A DNA stretch of 64,000 nt, from NCBI GenBank assembly GCA_965205485.1, contig OZ242180.1, positions 4,736,001-4,800,000 on the forward strand, read 5' to 3'. The DNA is from Candidatus Latescibacterota bacterium (GTDB taxonomy: Bacteria; Latescibacterota; UBA2968; GCA-2709665). Below are positions 40,301 through 50,320 of the stretch, one piece after another. The notes beneath the pieces were generated by a model, which saw nothing but the letters and a program-made list of their open reading frames with translations, ran no database searches and had not been told where the DNA came from. Both the position numbers and the translations under genes were made by a program. The first letter of the stretch is position 1. Each line of letters begins with the position of its first letter.

Positions 40301-40640
40301 CCTGGACGGTTATCCGCACCTGGCCGTGGGCTATCTGCTTGTGACCGCGGTCGAAAAAGACCGAGCCTGGGTCGAGCCGCCGCCGGTCATCCAGGGCAAG
40401 GAAGATAACCTGAATATCTACAAAGCAGGACGGGATCGACGCCTTGTTTTCATCCAACCCCTGAACGACCGGGTCTCGGAAGACATTCTGGATGAGCGGG
40501 GCACGCGCATCCGAACACGGTACGCCCTGCGCCTCGACGCAGCAGAACACCTGTCCGCCGGTGATGAAATTGCCTTTTCCGCCCTGCACCCGGGCGTGGA
40601 TCGATTCCGCATCTTCGGATCGGGCCACTGGCAGCGGTAG
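37329..40640 (+). CDS. Large heparinase II/III-like protein
   Basis: 'DG...EGSPSY', 'FPDG', 'GHYH...LNL.LFA.G.ELATDLGY', 'AHNTV', 'YQRTVALID', 'YVVDVFRVSGG..HDW..HG'. Confidence 0.75.
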   Translation: MSPSWTPPETKGHRVVAFPDRPHVWIGTRTIEEIRSRYAAGDEEVRSWADRSLALAEKWSGKSDAWYLDTIWHREPRGIYTCACPIHPFRVRYYSYFDWSLDDPWRLHCPYCRSERREYAYYPNPRYPDDGDGCFPTNDVWREDHDEAWSLAHDGIPWDHWDGEAHGYVEPTNAFYFKALCWMNSLRELSGNVLHRLGKAFHAARLRSDSDTAERHARKGRVLLVTLSRAFLGDAYLAALLETSELNLRKRLADFYEPGTPAKSYSGYRLHAPFDHIEGDPERPLNAPGDRYGTKGASIYPGVWNWKASLAQDLLVGYSLIAGTFEEAEADLKAAALRIVTSVEGDSPKLGDRGRKLKRGILEYTLHPYTLVTGADNLSSSTQMPRLQLGRIVGDDRIIENVARDILYFLHNFFTGDGLGKEGSPSYTSWGISSVMEAIHGQRGAFDRNAPYYDGILNGINMLSLPVFKHGLGQFLKTGFPDGRPIAWEDCVIRAAMPMEPLALAETHGGGIPDAYREYLNIDPEGDPVVSLKLPMPLPSHLLGQNRKAILRSGQGDRTRTLSLDYTERVGHYHMAPLNLTLFAIGHELATDLGYMGSTHFMTVDWIKTFPAHNTVAIRTRDGDPMGTDNLRGDLRFFADLPGFKAIDAAEEDADELGKVPGACRYQRTVALIDCDPENSYVVDVFRVSGGHNHDWTLHGNGHRFFTEGVNLTDRPDPSESLYDFSGFTFTPSRRTPRVGARWGTQRVTQLSAGYSNGPWTATWGDVSEYPNPDSSPEIDTEAFLKLHMLDAPGSEIIAGTGPAQRWLDNRDLGEQMKLVTVRRRNSNLPNTFLAVHEPYRNSPFIERASRLSCENHEAEGFQVTHSRGTDLVLSNPSGAPCEISNDGGELHSDGELAYASFDAHGLRMLAIIGGTFAEAGGRRLQPLPTIEGLLTGFDDVEKTLTIQPEAEIADPNALPEKTITIRHRKRASAYTIRSAERSPDGACTLRLDGYPHLAVGYLLVTAVEKDRAWVEPPPVIQGKEDNLNIYKAGRDRRLVFIQPLNDRVSEDILDERGTRIRTRYALRLDAAEHLSAGDEIAFSALHPGVDRFRIFGSGHWQR

Positions 40641-40749
40641 CTTTCCGCCCCTGAAGGATGAAAGGGAGCCGTCGCATCAAAAAGGGATAACACATCTCGA
40701 TAAATACCCCTTGTTTCACGCCCCGGAATACGCGTCACGGAGAAAAGAT

Positions 40750-42504
40750 ATGTCCGATCAGTCATCTCACCACGCCATGGATCCCATCACTTTCGAAGTG
40801 ATGAAGAACGCGCTGCTCAACGCTACCGAAGAGATGGCGTATACCATACGCCGGACCGCTTACTCCACGAATATCAAGACCCGGGCGGATTTTTCGTGCG
40901 CCTTCTTCGATGCTTCATTCCGGGTTGTCGCGCAGTCCTTCTCGCAGCCGGCACATCTCTCGTCCCTGAAATCCGCCGTACCGATCGCGCTCCGGGAATT
41001 CGGCGCAGAGAATCTCGCGCCCGGCGACGGCCTCATCCTGAACGATCCGCATCGCGGAAGCAGCCATCTCAACGACATCGCCCTGATCGCACCGGTCGAC
41101 GCCGGAAAGACCAGGCTGGGTTACCTCGCCAACATGGCCCACCACGTGGACGTGGGGGGAAGCACGCCATGCAGCCTGGGCGTAAACCGTGAAATCTACC
41201 AGGAAGGCATCATCATACCACCCACGAAAATCGTGCGGCGCGGTGAAATCGACGAGAACGTACTGGGCCTCGTTCTGCAAAACGTGCGCGCGCCCCAGGA
41301 GACCGGAGGCGACCTGCGCGCACAGATGGGAGCAAACCTGGTTGGCGCGCGTCGCATCGCTGAACTGATCGACCGTTATGACGTCGCTCAGGTCGTGGCG
41401 TTTTTCGACGAACTGCTCGATTACACGGAACGGTGGGCGCGCCGCGAAATCGCGTCACTGCCGACGGGTGAGTATAAAGCCACCGGATACCGCGACGGCA
41501 ACGGACTCGACGACGAACCCGTCAGGATCGCCGTCACGGTCCGAATTCGCGAAGGAAACGCCACGCTTGACGTCACCGGATCCGCCCCGCAGCAGACCGG
41601 CCCGTTGAACGCCACCCGTGCGACGACCCTGGCGGCCATCGCGGTGGTCGTCAAAAGCCTGATCGATCCGCGCATCCTGGTCAACGACGGCCTCTACCGA
41701 TGCATGGAGGTGGCGGGACCCGATAATACTGTGCTCACCGCCACGTGGCCAGCCGCCGTGGTCGGCGCGTGGGAACTCGCGCAACTCACCGCCGAACTCA
41801 CCCTGACTGCCATGCACGAGGCATTGCCCGACAGAATTCCCGCCTGCGGAAAGGGCATTATCTGCAACCTGGGTTTTGCAGGCAACGATCCGCGAAAAAA
41901 AGCCTATTACTGCTACATGGAAACCGTTGGCGGCGGCAACGGCGCCCGGCCCATGAAAGACGGCCCCGACGCCATTCAGACGACCATCCACAACACCGAG
42001 AACGCCCCGATCGAAGAAGTGGAAATCAACTATCCCATCCGCTTCGCACATTACGGCCTGATCACCGACAGCGGCGGCGCGGGCCGGTTTCGGGGAGGCC
42101 TCGGCATCCGGAGGGACTTTGAGTTTCCCGACTGCGATACCACGTTCACCGTCCTCTCCGACGGCACCCGGTTTCCGCCCTGGGGGCTCGAGGGCGGCGG
42201 GGAGGGCCTGCCCGCGCGGTTCATCCGGGACCCCGAGGACAGTGCTGAAGCGTTGCCCTCAAAGTCCAGCATCACGGTTCCCAAAGGCGGCCGCGTGAGC
42301 GTGCAGACGCCGGGCGGCGGGGGGTTCGGCCGTCCGGACGGACGCGACCCCGAGGCCGTCGTGCGGGACGTGCGGGACAGGAAAATTTCACCACGCACAG
42401 CCCGGGAGACATACGGTGTGGTCTACGATTCAGCGAACTGGACCGTGGACCACGAGGAAACCGGGGTCCTGCGTCAGCGCATCCAGGAAAGTGAAACTCG
42501 ATGA
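40750..42504 (+). CDS. Hydantoinase B/oxoprolinase family subunit
   Basis: 'DPITFEV', 'DFSCA', 'NDP..G.SHLND', 'HHVDVGG', 'TPGGGGFG'. Confidence 0.93.
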   Translation: MSDQSSHHAMDPITFEVMKNALLNATEEMAYTIRRTAYSTNIKTRADFSCAFFDASFRVVAQSFSQPAHLSSLKSAVPIALREFGAENLAPGDGLILNDPHRGSSHLNDIALIAPVDAGKTRLGYLANMAHHVDVGGSTPCSLGVNREIYQEGIIIPPTKIVRRGEIDENVLGLVLQNVRAPQETGGDLRAQMGANLVGARRIAELIDRYDVAQVVAFFDELLDYTERWARREIASLPTGEYKATGYRDGNGLDDEPVRIAVTVRIREGNATLDVTGSAPQQTGPLNATRATTLAAIAVVVKSLIDPRILVNDGLYRCMEVAGPDNTVLTATWPAAVVGAWELAQLTAELTLTAMHEALPDRIPACGKGIICNLGFAGNDPRKKAYYCYMETVGGGNGARPMKDGPDAIQTTIHNTENAPIEEVEINYPIRFAHYGLITDSGGAGRFRGGLGIRRDFEFPDCDTTFTVLSDGTRFPPWGLEGGGEGLPARFIRDPEDSAEALPSKSSITVPKGGRVSVQTPGGGGFGRPDGRDPEAVVRDVRDRKISPRTARETYGVVYDSANWTVDHEETGVLRQRIQESETR

Positions 42505-44606
42505 GCGATCTATTCCGCATCGGAATCGACATTGGAGGCACGTTCACCGACGCCGTGGTGATGGACGAGAAATCCGGCGACTTCCATCCCGTCAAGGTCT
42601 CGTCCACTCCCGACGATCCCTCACGCGCATTTATGGAAGCGTATACCCGCGGCCTCTCCAACCGGGGCCTCACATCCGATCAGATCCGCTTTGTGGTCCA
42701 CGGCACCACGGTGGCGACCAACACGATCATCCAGCAAAAGGGCGCACGGATCGGCCTCATCGCCTCCGAAGGCTTCAGCGATCTCTTTGAAATCGCCTGG
42801 CAGATCCGCCCCAACCTCTACGACCTGAATTACGACAAGCCGCCTCCGCTCGTGCCGCGGCACCTCTGCATCGGCGTACCCGAACGCATCGACGCCCGGG
42901 GCGCGGTGCTTGTTCCTCTGGACGAAGCCGCCGTGGCCCGTGCCGCGCGTCAATTGGCGAAAGACCGGGTTGAAGCGATTCTCGTCTGCTTCCTGCACGC
43001 CTATCGGGACCCGACCCACGAACGGCGCGCCGCCGAGATCGTCATAGATGCATGTCCCGATCTTCCAGTCTGCATCTCATCCGACATCTGCCCCGAGTAC
43101 CGCGAATACACACGGGCCAGTACGACTGCAGTCAATGCCGCGCTGCTTCCCGCGGTGGGCGCCTACGTGGAACGGCTGGAGGACCGGCTCGGCAAGGTAA
43201 ACCCCGGCTCCGGCCTGTTCCTGATGACCTCCGGCGGCGGCATCATCGCCTCAGGCACGGCCAGACAGCAGCCCGTCCAACTCATCGAGTCAGGTCCGGC
43301 GGCCGGGGTCATCGCCGCAACGTACATCGGCCAGCTCGCCGGATTCAAAAACCTGATCGCGCTGGACATCGGGGGCACAACCGCGAAGGCCGCCCTCATC
43401 GAAAACGGAAGGCCGCGGCTGGCCGCCGAATTCGAAGTTGGCGACGCCGCCGTCGCAACCACCACCAGGGACAAAGGTCAGGGATATCCGGTAAAGACCC
43501 CAGTCATCGATCTGGTCGAAATCGGTTCCGGCGGCGGCAGCATCGGCCACGTCGATCCGGGCGGCGCGCTTGCCGTCGGGCCGCAATCCGCCGGCGCGGC
43601 GCCCGGACCCGCCTGTTACGGCCAAGGGGGTTCGGAACCCACGCTGACGGACGCAAACCTCGTTCTGGGCCGACTCAATCCCGATTATTTCCTTGGCGGC
43701 GAACTTCGTCTTGACGTATCTCTCGCGAGGCAGGCGATCGAACGGCGTATCGCCGGGCCGCTGAACATGAGTACTGAAGACGCCGCCTCGGGGTTGATTG
43801 AAATCGCCAACGCCAATATGACGGGCATCCTTCAGCTCGTTTCCGTCCAGAAGGGCGTGGACCCCCGCGCGTTCGTGCTCGTCGCTTTCGGCGGCGCCGG
43901 CCCCCTCCATGCCGCCGCGCTCGCAAAGGCGCTGCATATCGGCACCGTCCTCGTGCCGCCAAGCCCCGGCGTGACCACCGCGCTGGGTCTGCTCGTTACC
44001 GATCTGCGCCACGACTACGTCCGGACCTACATTTCAGCGACGGATGAACTGAATGTGGCCGTCCTTTCAGACATCTACAGCGAATTCGAAGCGCATGCGA
44101 CCCGCCTGCTGTTGAGCGAGGGCGTCTCCCGTTCCAACATCCGGTTCATCCGGGAGGCGGACATGCGATACACGGGCCAGTCCTACGAACTTCGAGTGCC
44201 GGTCGGCCGACTGTCGGATGACCTCCCTCGAGAATTGAACGCCGCTTTCTTCACGGTGCACCGGCGCCAGTACGGGTTCGCGACTCAGGATGAGCCCACG
44301 GAGGTTGTCAATGTCCGTCTCTCCGCCGTCGGCGCCGTCCCCCGCCCCAGCCGGCGGCAGGTTCCCGAAGGTGGACCCTCCGCCCGGAACGCCCTGAAGG
44401 CGGAACGCGACGTCCGAATGCCGGGCTCCGGGGGATTGGAGACCACGGCGATCTACGACAGGTATCGCCTGGAGGCGAACAACCGCTTCCCGGGCCCCGC
44501 CATCGTCGAGGAAATCGACTCTACAACGCTTGTTCCCCCCGGGTGTACGGTCAACGTCGACGACTACGGCAATCTCGTGATCGACGTCGGCCGAGCAGAG
44601 TCGTAA
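42501..44606 (+). CDS. Hydantoinase A/oxoprolinase family subunit
   Basis: 'GIDIGGTFTD', 'HGTTVATN', 'ESGPAAG', 'DIGGTT', 'FGGAGPLHA'. Confidence 0.94.
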   Translation: MSDLFRIGIDIGGTFTDAVVMDEKSGDFHPVKVSSTPDDPSRAFMEAYTRGLSNRGLTSDQIRFVVHGTTVATNTIIQQKGARIGLIASEGFSDLFEIAWQIRPNLYDLNYDKPPPLVPRHLCIGVPERIDARGAVLVPLDEAAVARAARQLAKDRVEAILVCFLHAYRDPTHERRAAEIVIDACPDLPVCISSDICPEYREYTRASTTAVNAALLPAVGAYVERLEDRLGKVNPGSGLFLMTSGGGIIASGTARQQPVQLIESGPAAGVIAATYIGQLAGFKNLIALDIGGTTAKAALIENGRPRLAAEFEVGDAAVATTTRDKGQGYPVKTPVIDLVEIGSGGGSIGHVDPGGALAVGPQSAGAAPGPACYGQGGSEPTLTDANLVLGRLNPDYFLGGELRLDVSLARQAIERRIAGPLNMSTEDAASGLIEIANANMTGILQLVSVQKGVDPRAFVLVAFGGAGPLHAAALAKALHIGTVLVPPSPGVTTALGLLVTDLRHDYVRTYISATDELNVAVLSDIYSEFEAHATRLLLSEGVSRSNIRFIREADMRYTGQSYELRVPVGRLSDDLPRELNAAFFTVHRRQYGFATQDEPTEVVNVRLSAVGAVPRPSRRQVPEGGPSARNALKAERDVRMPGSGGLETTAIYDRYRLEANNRFPGPAIVEEIDSTTLVPPGCTVNVDDYGNLVIDVGRAES

Positions 44607-44607
44607 A

Positions 44608-46236
44608 ATGGACCCTACCCTGGCAACATCGGGCATTACGTGGCAGCTCGTGGTTTTCTGCGGGCTTTCTCTTTCGGTGGGATGGGGCATCCGCGGCAAC
44701 TTCGGCCACGAATACGGCGCGGCCATTCCCGGTGCACTGGCGGCAATCGCCGCAGTGCTGGTTTCAGGGCGTCCCGACTGGCTGGCTCACGTTCACTACT
44801 TCGCCATGTTCGGCGCGCTCGGCTGGTCCTTCGGCGGCAGTATGTCATACATGGGCGTGGTCGGGTACACGCACTCCGGTCACCCGCCCTCTGTGCTTTA
44901 CGGATTTGCCAACCTGTTCGTCATTGGATTTCTATGGGCGTTTATGGGCGGCGCCGGAACCGCGCTGCCTGCTTTTCTCACCGGAGACCGGCTTGCGCTT
45001 TTCTTTGTGCCGTTGGCCGCAATCTTCTCGGGATGGGCGATTCAGTCTGTACTGGTCGACCTGTTATTCTCCGGTAAAGGAGCGTCCGGCAGACCCAGCC
45101 TCTCCTGGTACGATACCGACTGGCTGGCGACCCTGGTGGCGATGGCCGCCGGGTTGATCGTCGCAGCCGTTCGCGGAGGCTTCGATATCGCCACGGCCCT
45201 CGTGCTTCACCTTGCAGTGGGGTGGTACGTATCCTTTCTGCTGCTCGTCGTCGGCTTCAAGCTCCGGATGACGCCGCCGCGGGGCGATAACTGGGCCGGT
45301 TGCGTCGGGCTCGCTGCCGGTCTGCTGATCTTCTGCTGGCGTTACGACCTGGACGGTCTTGCGCTTGCCTCGCTGATCTCGGGGTTCATCGGAGGTGTCG
45401 GCTTCAGCCTGGGTCAGTTCCTGAAACTGCTGAATATCCGTACCGGATTGCAGACGAACTGGCACAGCGTCATGGAGCAGACCCAGGGTTTATTCCACGG
45501 GATCGCAGTCGCTGTTACCATGGGTCTGCTCTCGGTTATTGCTCCCCAGAATTCCAATGCGTTACCCATGCCGGCGTGGACGGGAACGTTCGCAACGGGT
45601 TTCGTTCTGATCGGCCTGACGTACCTGAACCACCGAAAGGCATCGCGAAACTGGGTAGAAAATGTCGCCTGCCTGCCGGAGAGACCCTACGGACTACCAG
45701 TAGCGGGCTGGTTTGTGCGGTCCAGGGGCTGGATCGGGTGGCTTGAACTGATTTACATCGCCATCGGCATCGCCGTCTTCTGGTTGATGCAGATACACCG
45801 CTCGCAGCCCCTTGCGTTCATACCGGAAACCTGGCTGGGCAAGGGCCAGCTTCTTTACCTGGTCTTTCTGTGGTGGGTCGTCAATTTCAATTTCGCCCTG
45901 AAGATCGTCGAATTCAGCCCCCGGCGCCTGGTAACCGAGGGTCTGATTACGTTCAACGCCATCGTCTGCACCGTCCTGGCCGCTTCCATAGCGCTCGCCG
46001 ACCCCGGATACGGTCCCACCATGCCGCTGGCGGACGCCAATTCCGGTTGGATCCGGGACACGATCCTCATCGGCCTGGCCGCAGCGACCGCCTTCACTTT
46101 GTGCCATTGGGGGCTTACCCACGCCCTGTTCGGCCGACGCCATATCCCGTTCGCCTTCCGTCACATCCGCTTTGGACCCGACGCCACGACCGGGGAGGAA
46201 GTGACGGAGTCGGGAAAGCCCTGGAAGTCAGGGTAG
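44608..46236 (+). CDS. Polytopic membrane protein of unknown function
   Basis: Many TM segments; 'GWGIRGNFGHEYGA', 'FGGSMSY', 'NWHSVMEQ'; starts 1 nt after the upstream stop. Confidence 0.75.
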   Translation: MDPTLATSGITWQLVVFCGLSLSVGWGIRGNFGHEYGAAIPGALAAIAAVLVSGRPDWLAHVHYFAMFGALGWSFGGSMSYMGVVGYTHSGHPPSVLYGFANLFVIGFLWAFMGGAGTALPAFLTGDRLALFFVPLAAIFSGWAIQSVLVDLLFSGKGASGRPSLSWYDTDWLATLVAMAAGLIVAAVRGGFDIATALVLHLAVGWYVSFLLLVVGFKLRMTPPRGDNWAGCVGLAAGLLIFCWRYDLDGLALASLISGFIGGVGFSLGQFLKLLNIRTGLQTNWHSVMEQTQGLFHGIAVAVTMGLLSVIAPQNSNALPMPAWTGTFATGFVLIGLTYLNHRKASRNWVENVACLPERPYGLPVAGWFVRSRGWIGWLELIYIAIGIAVFWLMQIHRSQPLAFIPETWLGKGQLLYLVFLWWVVNFNFALKIVEFSPRRLVTEGLITFNAIVCTVLAASIALADPGYGPTMPLADANSGWIRDTILIGLAAATAFTLCHWGLTHALFGRRHIPFAFRHIRFGPDATTGEEVTESGKPWKSG

Positions 46237-46351
46237 CATACCGAGCGTCAGCAAGGCAGCCTGGCCCAACAAATGTGGCGGACGTCCCGGCCCGTCGACG
46301 CCGAACCCTCCTGACCTTTCCGATATCGTCTCTGCACAGGAGACCGTTACC

Positions 46352-48704
46352 GTGAGAATTGCCGTCACAGAGAGCGTCTATTCGAACGACAGCTACGAAC
46401 CCAACCTGTGTACCCTCCAGGACGGCAAAACCTGCTGGACGGCCTGGGCGGCCTACGGCGCGGCGGGGTCGAGAACGTTTGTGCGGAAATTCGCAGGAGA
46501 AACCGCCGGTCCCATCCATCCGCTGTCCCCCAACAACGCCATGCAGACGCGTCCGATCTGCATCCCGAATGGCGACGAGGCAGTGTTTGTCTGGCTGGAA
46601 AAGATCGGCCGCCAATACGCATTCTGGACCCGCGGAAATGACGGGAACGGATTCACTTCCTGCCGGGAGCGCCACGTCCTTCCTGCTTCGGCGAAGGTCT
46701 GGGAGCCGCAGGCCCTCCTCGATGATAGCGGCGTGCTCTGGATCTGCTGGGCCCAGTCCGAAAAGGGAGAGAGCCGCATCCGGATCCTGAGAACCCTTCC
46801 TGATGGCATGACCTCGTCCTGGTCGGTCGGAGACGGGAGTCGATACAATTATCGTCCCAGGATGGTCGAATGGGGATCGGAAGGCGTCTATATTGTCTGG
46901 GACAGCTACGTCGATCGCACCTACGACGTTCTACGGCTGCGCCGTCGGTCCGGACGGCCCCCGGAAGACGGTCAGAGTCAGTTGCGACGAGGGATGGGAA
47001 AACAGGGCCAGCCTCTGCAGGGACGCGGGCGGAGCGCTCTGGGCGGTGTGGGTACACGGCGTGGACGTTATGTACCGGCGCAGCACGCTCCAGCAGATGT
47101 ACTCGCTGCGGGGCGCCCGGCTGGAAGGCCGGGAGTGGGTACCCCTGACGGGCCCTGACGGCGCGGCGGAAATTGCGCCGCTACACTACGGGCTCTTGAC
47201 GGAATTCCCCAAACCGCCCAATCTGGGACACATGGGAAGGCGGCTCTTCCCCGTCCTCAAGGCCGCGGAATCGGGCGGCGTCTGGCTCTTTTACGAGGTC
47301 AAGATGGACAGCGAGCAGGGCACGCTCACCTCCAGGGGTCGCCTCTTCGGCCACCACTGCAGGAACGGCGACTGGTCGGAACCCCTCTGCGTGGCGGAAG
47401 GGAACGTCTTCTATGAGCTTCCCCACAACGGCACGGTCGGCACCCGGGTGCACCTGATGTCCCAAGACATGATAACGGATGAACGATACCTGGAAAGCGC
47501 GCGCCTCGCCGCCGACCTCCCAGCCGTACCCGATGAAAACCGCCGAATCGACCTGACCGAATGGAACGAAGTCCGGCTGCCGTTCGAGAAACGGCGGCAC
47601 ACGACCCGGCCGCGCAATGAACTGCCCGGCGCGGAACGCGGAAAGTACCAACTCTTCTGGGTGGACCTGCACTGCCACTCGGCGGCATCCATCGAAGTGG
47701 AGGGCGAGCCGGATGAGTTGGGTCACTACGCCCGTGACAAGGCGCAGATCGACGGGCTGACCGTCTCCGACAACGACAGTTTCTGGAATCTGCCCACGCG
47801 CAGGAACGTGCGGCACCTGAAGGACTATGAGTGGGACTACGTAAAAGGCAACGCCATGGTCCTGAATGAACCCGGGCGGTTCGCCATGTTTCCGGGCTAC
47901 GAGATGACCATCACCGACCGGGTGGACTCCGGGCGGGACCACCGGTCCGTGATGTCGGACGATGACGAAATGGAAATGGACCTGCTCCACTTCAAATACA
48001 AGGAAGCCCACACGAAGGGCGAGCGGCATACCCACAAGGACACCCGGGAGTGCCTGGACTGGTTCAAGGAAAGGGGCTACCTGCCGCTCCCCCATCCCCA
48101 CAACGGAAAGTGGAACCTCTACGACACCGACGTCGAGTGGGGTGTCGACGTATGCGCCGGCTGGATGATTAACATCGACCTGTACGACGTCTATTTCAAA
48201 TACCTGAACGCGGGTCAGAAATTCGCCTTCACCGGCAGCGGCGACAGCCACCACCGCAACCCGGGCCTGAGCGGTGCGCTCACGGGCATCTGGGCCGACC
48301 GGCTGGACCGCGCCGCCTTCCTCGATGCGATCCGTGCCAGGCGCTGTTATGCAACGGCCGGCCAGAAGATCCTGATCGAATTCACGATCAACGATCGGAT
48401 GATGGGCAGTTCGGTTGTCGTCGTGGACGATCCGGTGCTGAAGTGGAGGGTCGTGGGTGAGGAGGATCGGGAGTACAACCTGCGCATCCACCGGGACGGG
48501 CGTCTTATGTACGACGAAAGGTTCACCGGGCGGACCCGGGGAGAGCGAAAGGAATTCCAGTTGCGCCGGTACCGCCCCGGAAAGCACTACTACCATCTCG
48601 AGGTCCTGTCACCCGACCCCATCCCCCAATATCCGGCCAACGTCGCTCACGCCATGGGCGCAAAGGGGTGGAGCACGCCTATCTGGGTGGAGACGTCAGA
48701 TTGA
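46352..48704 (+). CDS. Beta-propeller + PHP-like (DUF3604-type) metallohydrolase, +1 frameshift near 46930
   Basis: Two track ORFs join as YDV/YGC; span is 2353 nt (3n+1); 'WVDLHCHS', 'FPGYE', 'PHPH', 'GSGDSH', 'YATAG'. Confidence 0.7.
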
Positions 48705-48726
48705 CCGTCGTCGCGACCACGCCGGG

Positions 48727-48758
48727 AAAAAAAAGGACGGCCTTGACCGGCCGCCCTT
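48727..48758 (-). terminator. Intrinsic terminator after the Nramp-like gene
   Basis: Minus strand GGGCGGCC-GGTCAA-GGCCGTCC followed by T8. Confidence 0.7.
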
Positions 48759-48785
48759 GAGGAATTTTTCGACTGTTGAAAGTAC

Positions 48786-50130
48786 TCAACGCGTCCAGTT
48801 CAAATATAGATTGACCGCGGTAAAGTTGACGATCGCCCAGACCGTCAAGAGCAATGCAAGTTCCGTCCAGACGGACATTCTTTCCTCGTCCGCGGCGCGC
48901 ATCGCCAGGTGGACCACGCCGTAGGCCATTGGAATCAACAGCAGGTTGTTGGCGTTTGCCCCGATCAGCACCAGCGCAAGCGGGGTATCGGGGGTTGCAA
49001 TGGTCACGCAGAGCCACAGGAACGGGAAGGCGATCTGCAGCGACCGCAGCAGCCGAAGACGCACCGCTTCGTTATCCAGACCGGCGACGCCCGTCTGCCT
49101 GAGAAAATCGACGCTGATGCGCCCGGAACTGGCCGTGAACACCAGCAGCGTGGAAAACAGCGTGCAGAAAGCGCCGAACATGAACACGTTCTTTGTCCAT
49201 GGTCCGATGCTCTGCGTAAAGATCAATGAAACCTGTTCCACGACCTCCATGCCCTGCGGGACCACGTTCAGCTTCTTCAGAATCGAGGCGCCCAGCAGAT
49301 AGTAGGCGCAGGTAATCACCAGTGCGATCCCGGTGCACACCAGCGCATCGGTTTTCAGCACACGCATCCAGCCCCGATATCGCGCGCGCCACTCCGGCGT
49401 ATCCTCCCTCGGCCCCACAAAATCCGCATACCCTTTCTCCCGCACCCAGTAGGGATACATGAACAACTCCACCGCCGTCGCGCCTACGGACCCCATCACG
49501 GCCATGGCGACGAACGCCCCGTCCGCAGGCAAGCGCGAAGCGAAATCCCGAAAGCACCTCGGCGCCTCCCACGGCGTATGGCGTGGCCTGCATCGCGATC
49601 ACGGATCCGATGACGACCAGGCTGAAGCCCGCGACCAGAATCGTGATCATCCGCTCCAGGTCGGCGTACAGGCCCCGGTACAGCAGAATCGAGATTGCCG
49701 CGAAAACCAGAATGGCCCAGACATTGTACGGGACTCCGGGAAGGAGGGTCACCATCAGTCCAGCCACCGACCCCAGTATGCCGATGACGGCAATCATAAC
49801 GGAGAAATAACCCAGCACGCACAGCCATGCCGCCCAGGAAGTCTTCGCCAGACGCATCCCCGGCACGCGGTCCAGCACCTGAATCGTCGTACTGTTGTGG
49901 AGGATGCACTGGCGCCCGAGTTCCAGCTGGATGAAGAACTTGACCAGACAGGCCAGGATCACCCCCCAGAGGAAGACGAAGCCCACCTCCGCCCCCATGC
50001 GCGTGGTCACCAGCAGCTCGCCGGACCCGACCACCGAACCCGACACGACCACGCCCGGCCCGATATTCCGCAGCAAGCCTCCGACGCCCCGCGGCGCCTC
50101 TCGAACCGGCCGTCTGGCTTCACTTTTCAT
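48786..50130 (-). CDS. Nramp-like transporter, +1 frameshift near 49531
   Basis: 'IGPG..VSGS.VGSGEL', 'KFFIQLELGR', then 'YPYW..EKGY', 'TLFST'; span is 1345 nt (3n+1). Confidence 0.8.
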
Positions 50131-50176
50131 AGACTCTTCCCGTCAGGTTTTTGACATCGCACGGTTGGCGACGGGC

Positions 50177-50280
50177 GGGCGCCCACAAGGGGCGCCCCTA
50201 CAAAACCAATCATCCACGAGTTGAATTCTCCGGGTTCCGCACCGACGTTGCATTTGTAGGGGCAACCCTTGTGGTTGCCC
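50177..50280. repeat. GTAG-type REP doublet (REPIN-like)
   Basis: GGGCGCCCACAAGGGGCGCCCCTAC (50177-50201) is inverted relative to GTAGGGGCAACCCTTGTGGTTGCCC (50256-50280). Confidence 0.85.
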
Positions 50281-50320
50281 ACGCGGCGGCGCGGATATCG
50301 ACGATTCCCGGTGATCGTCC

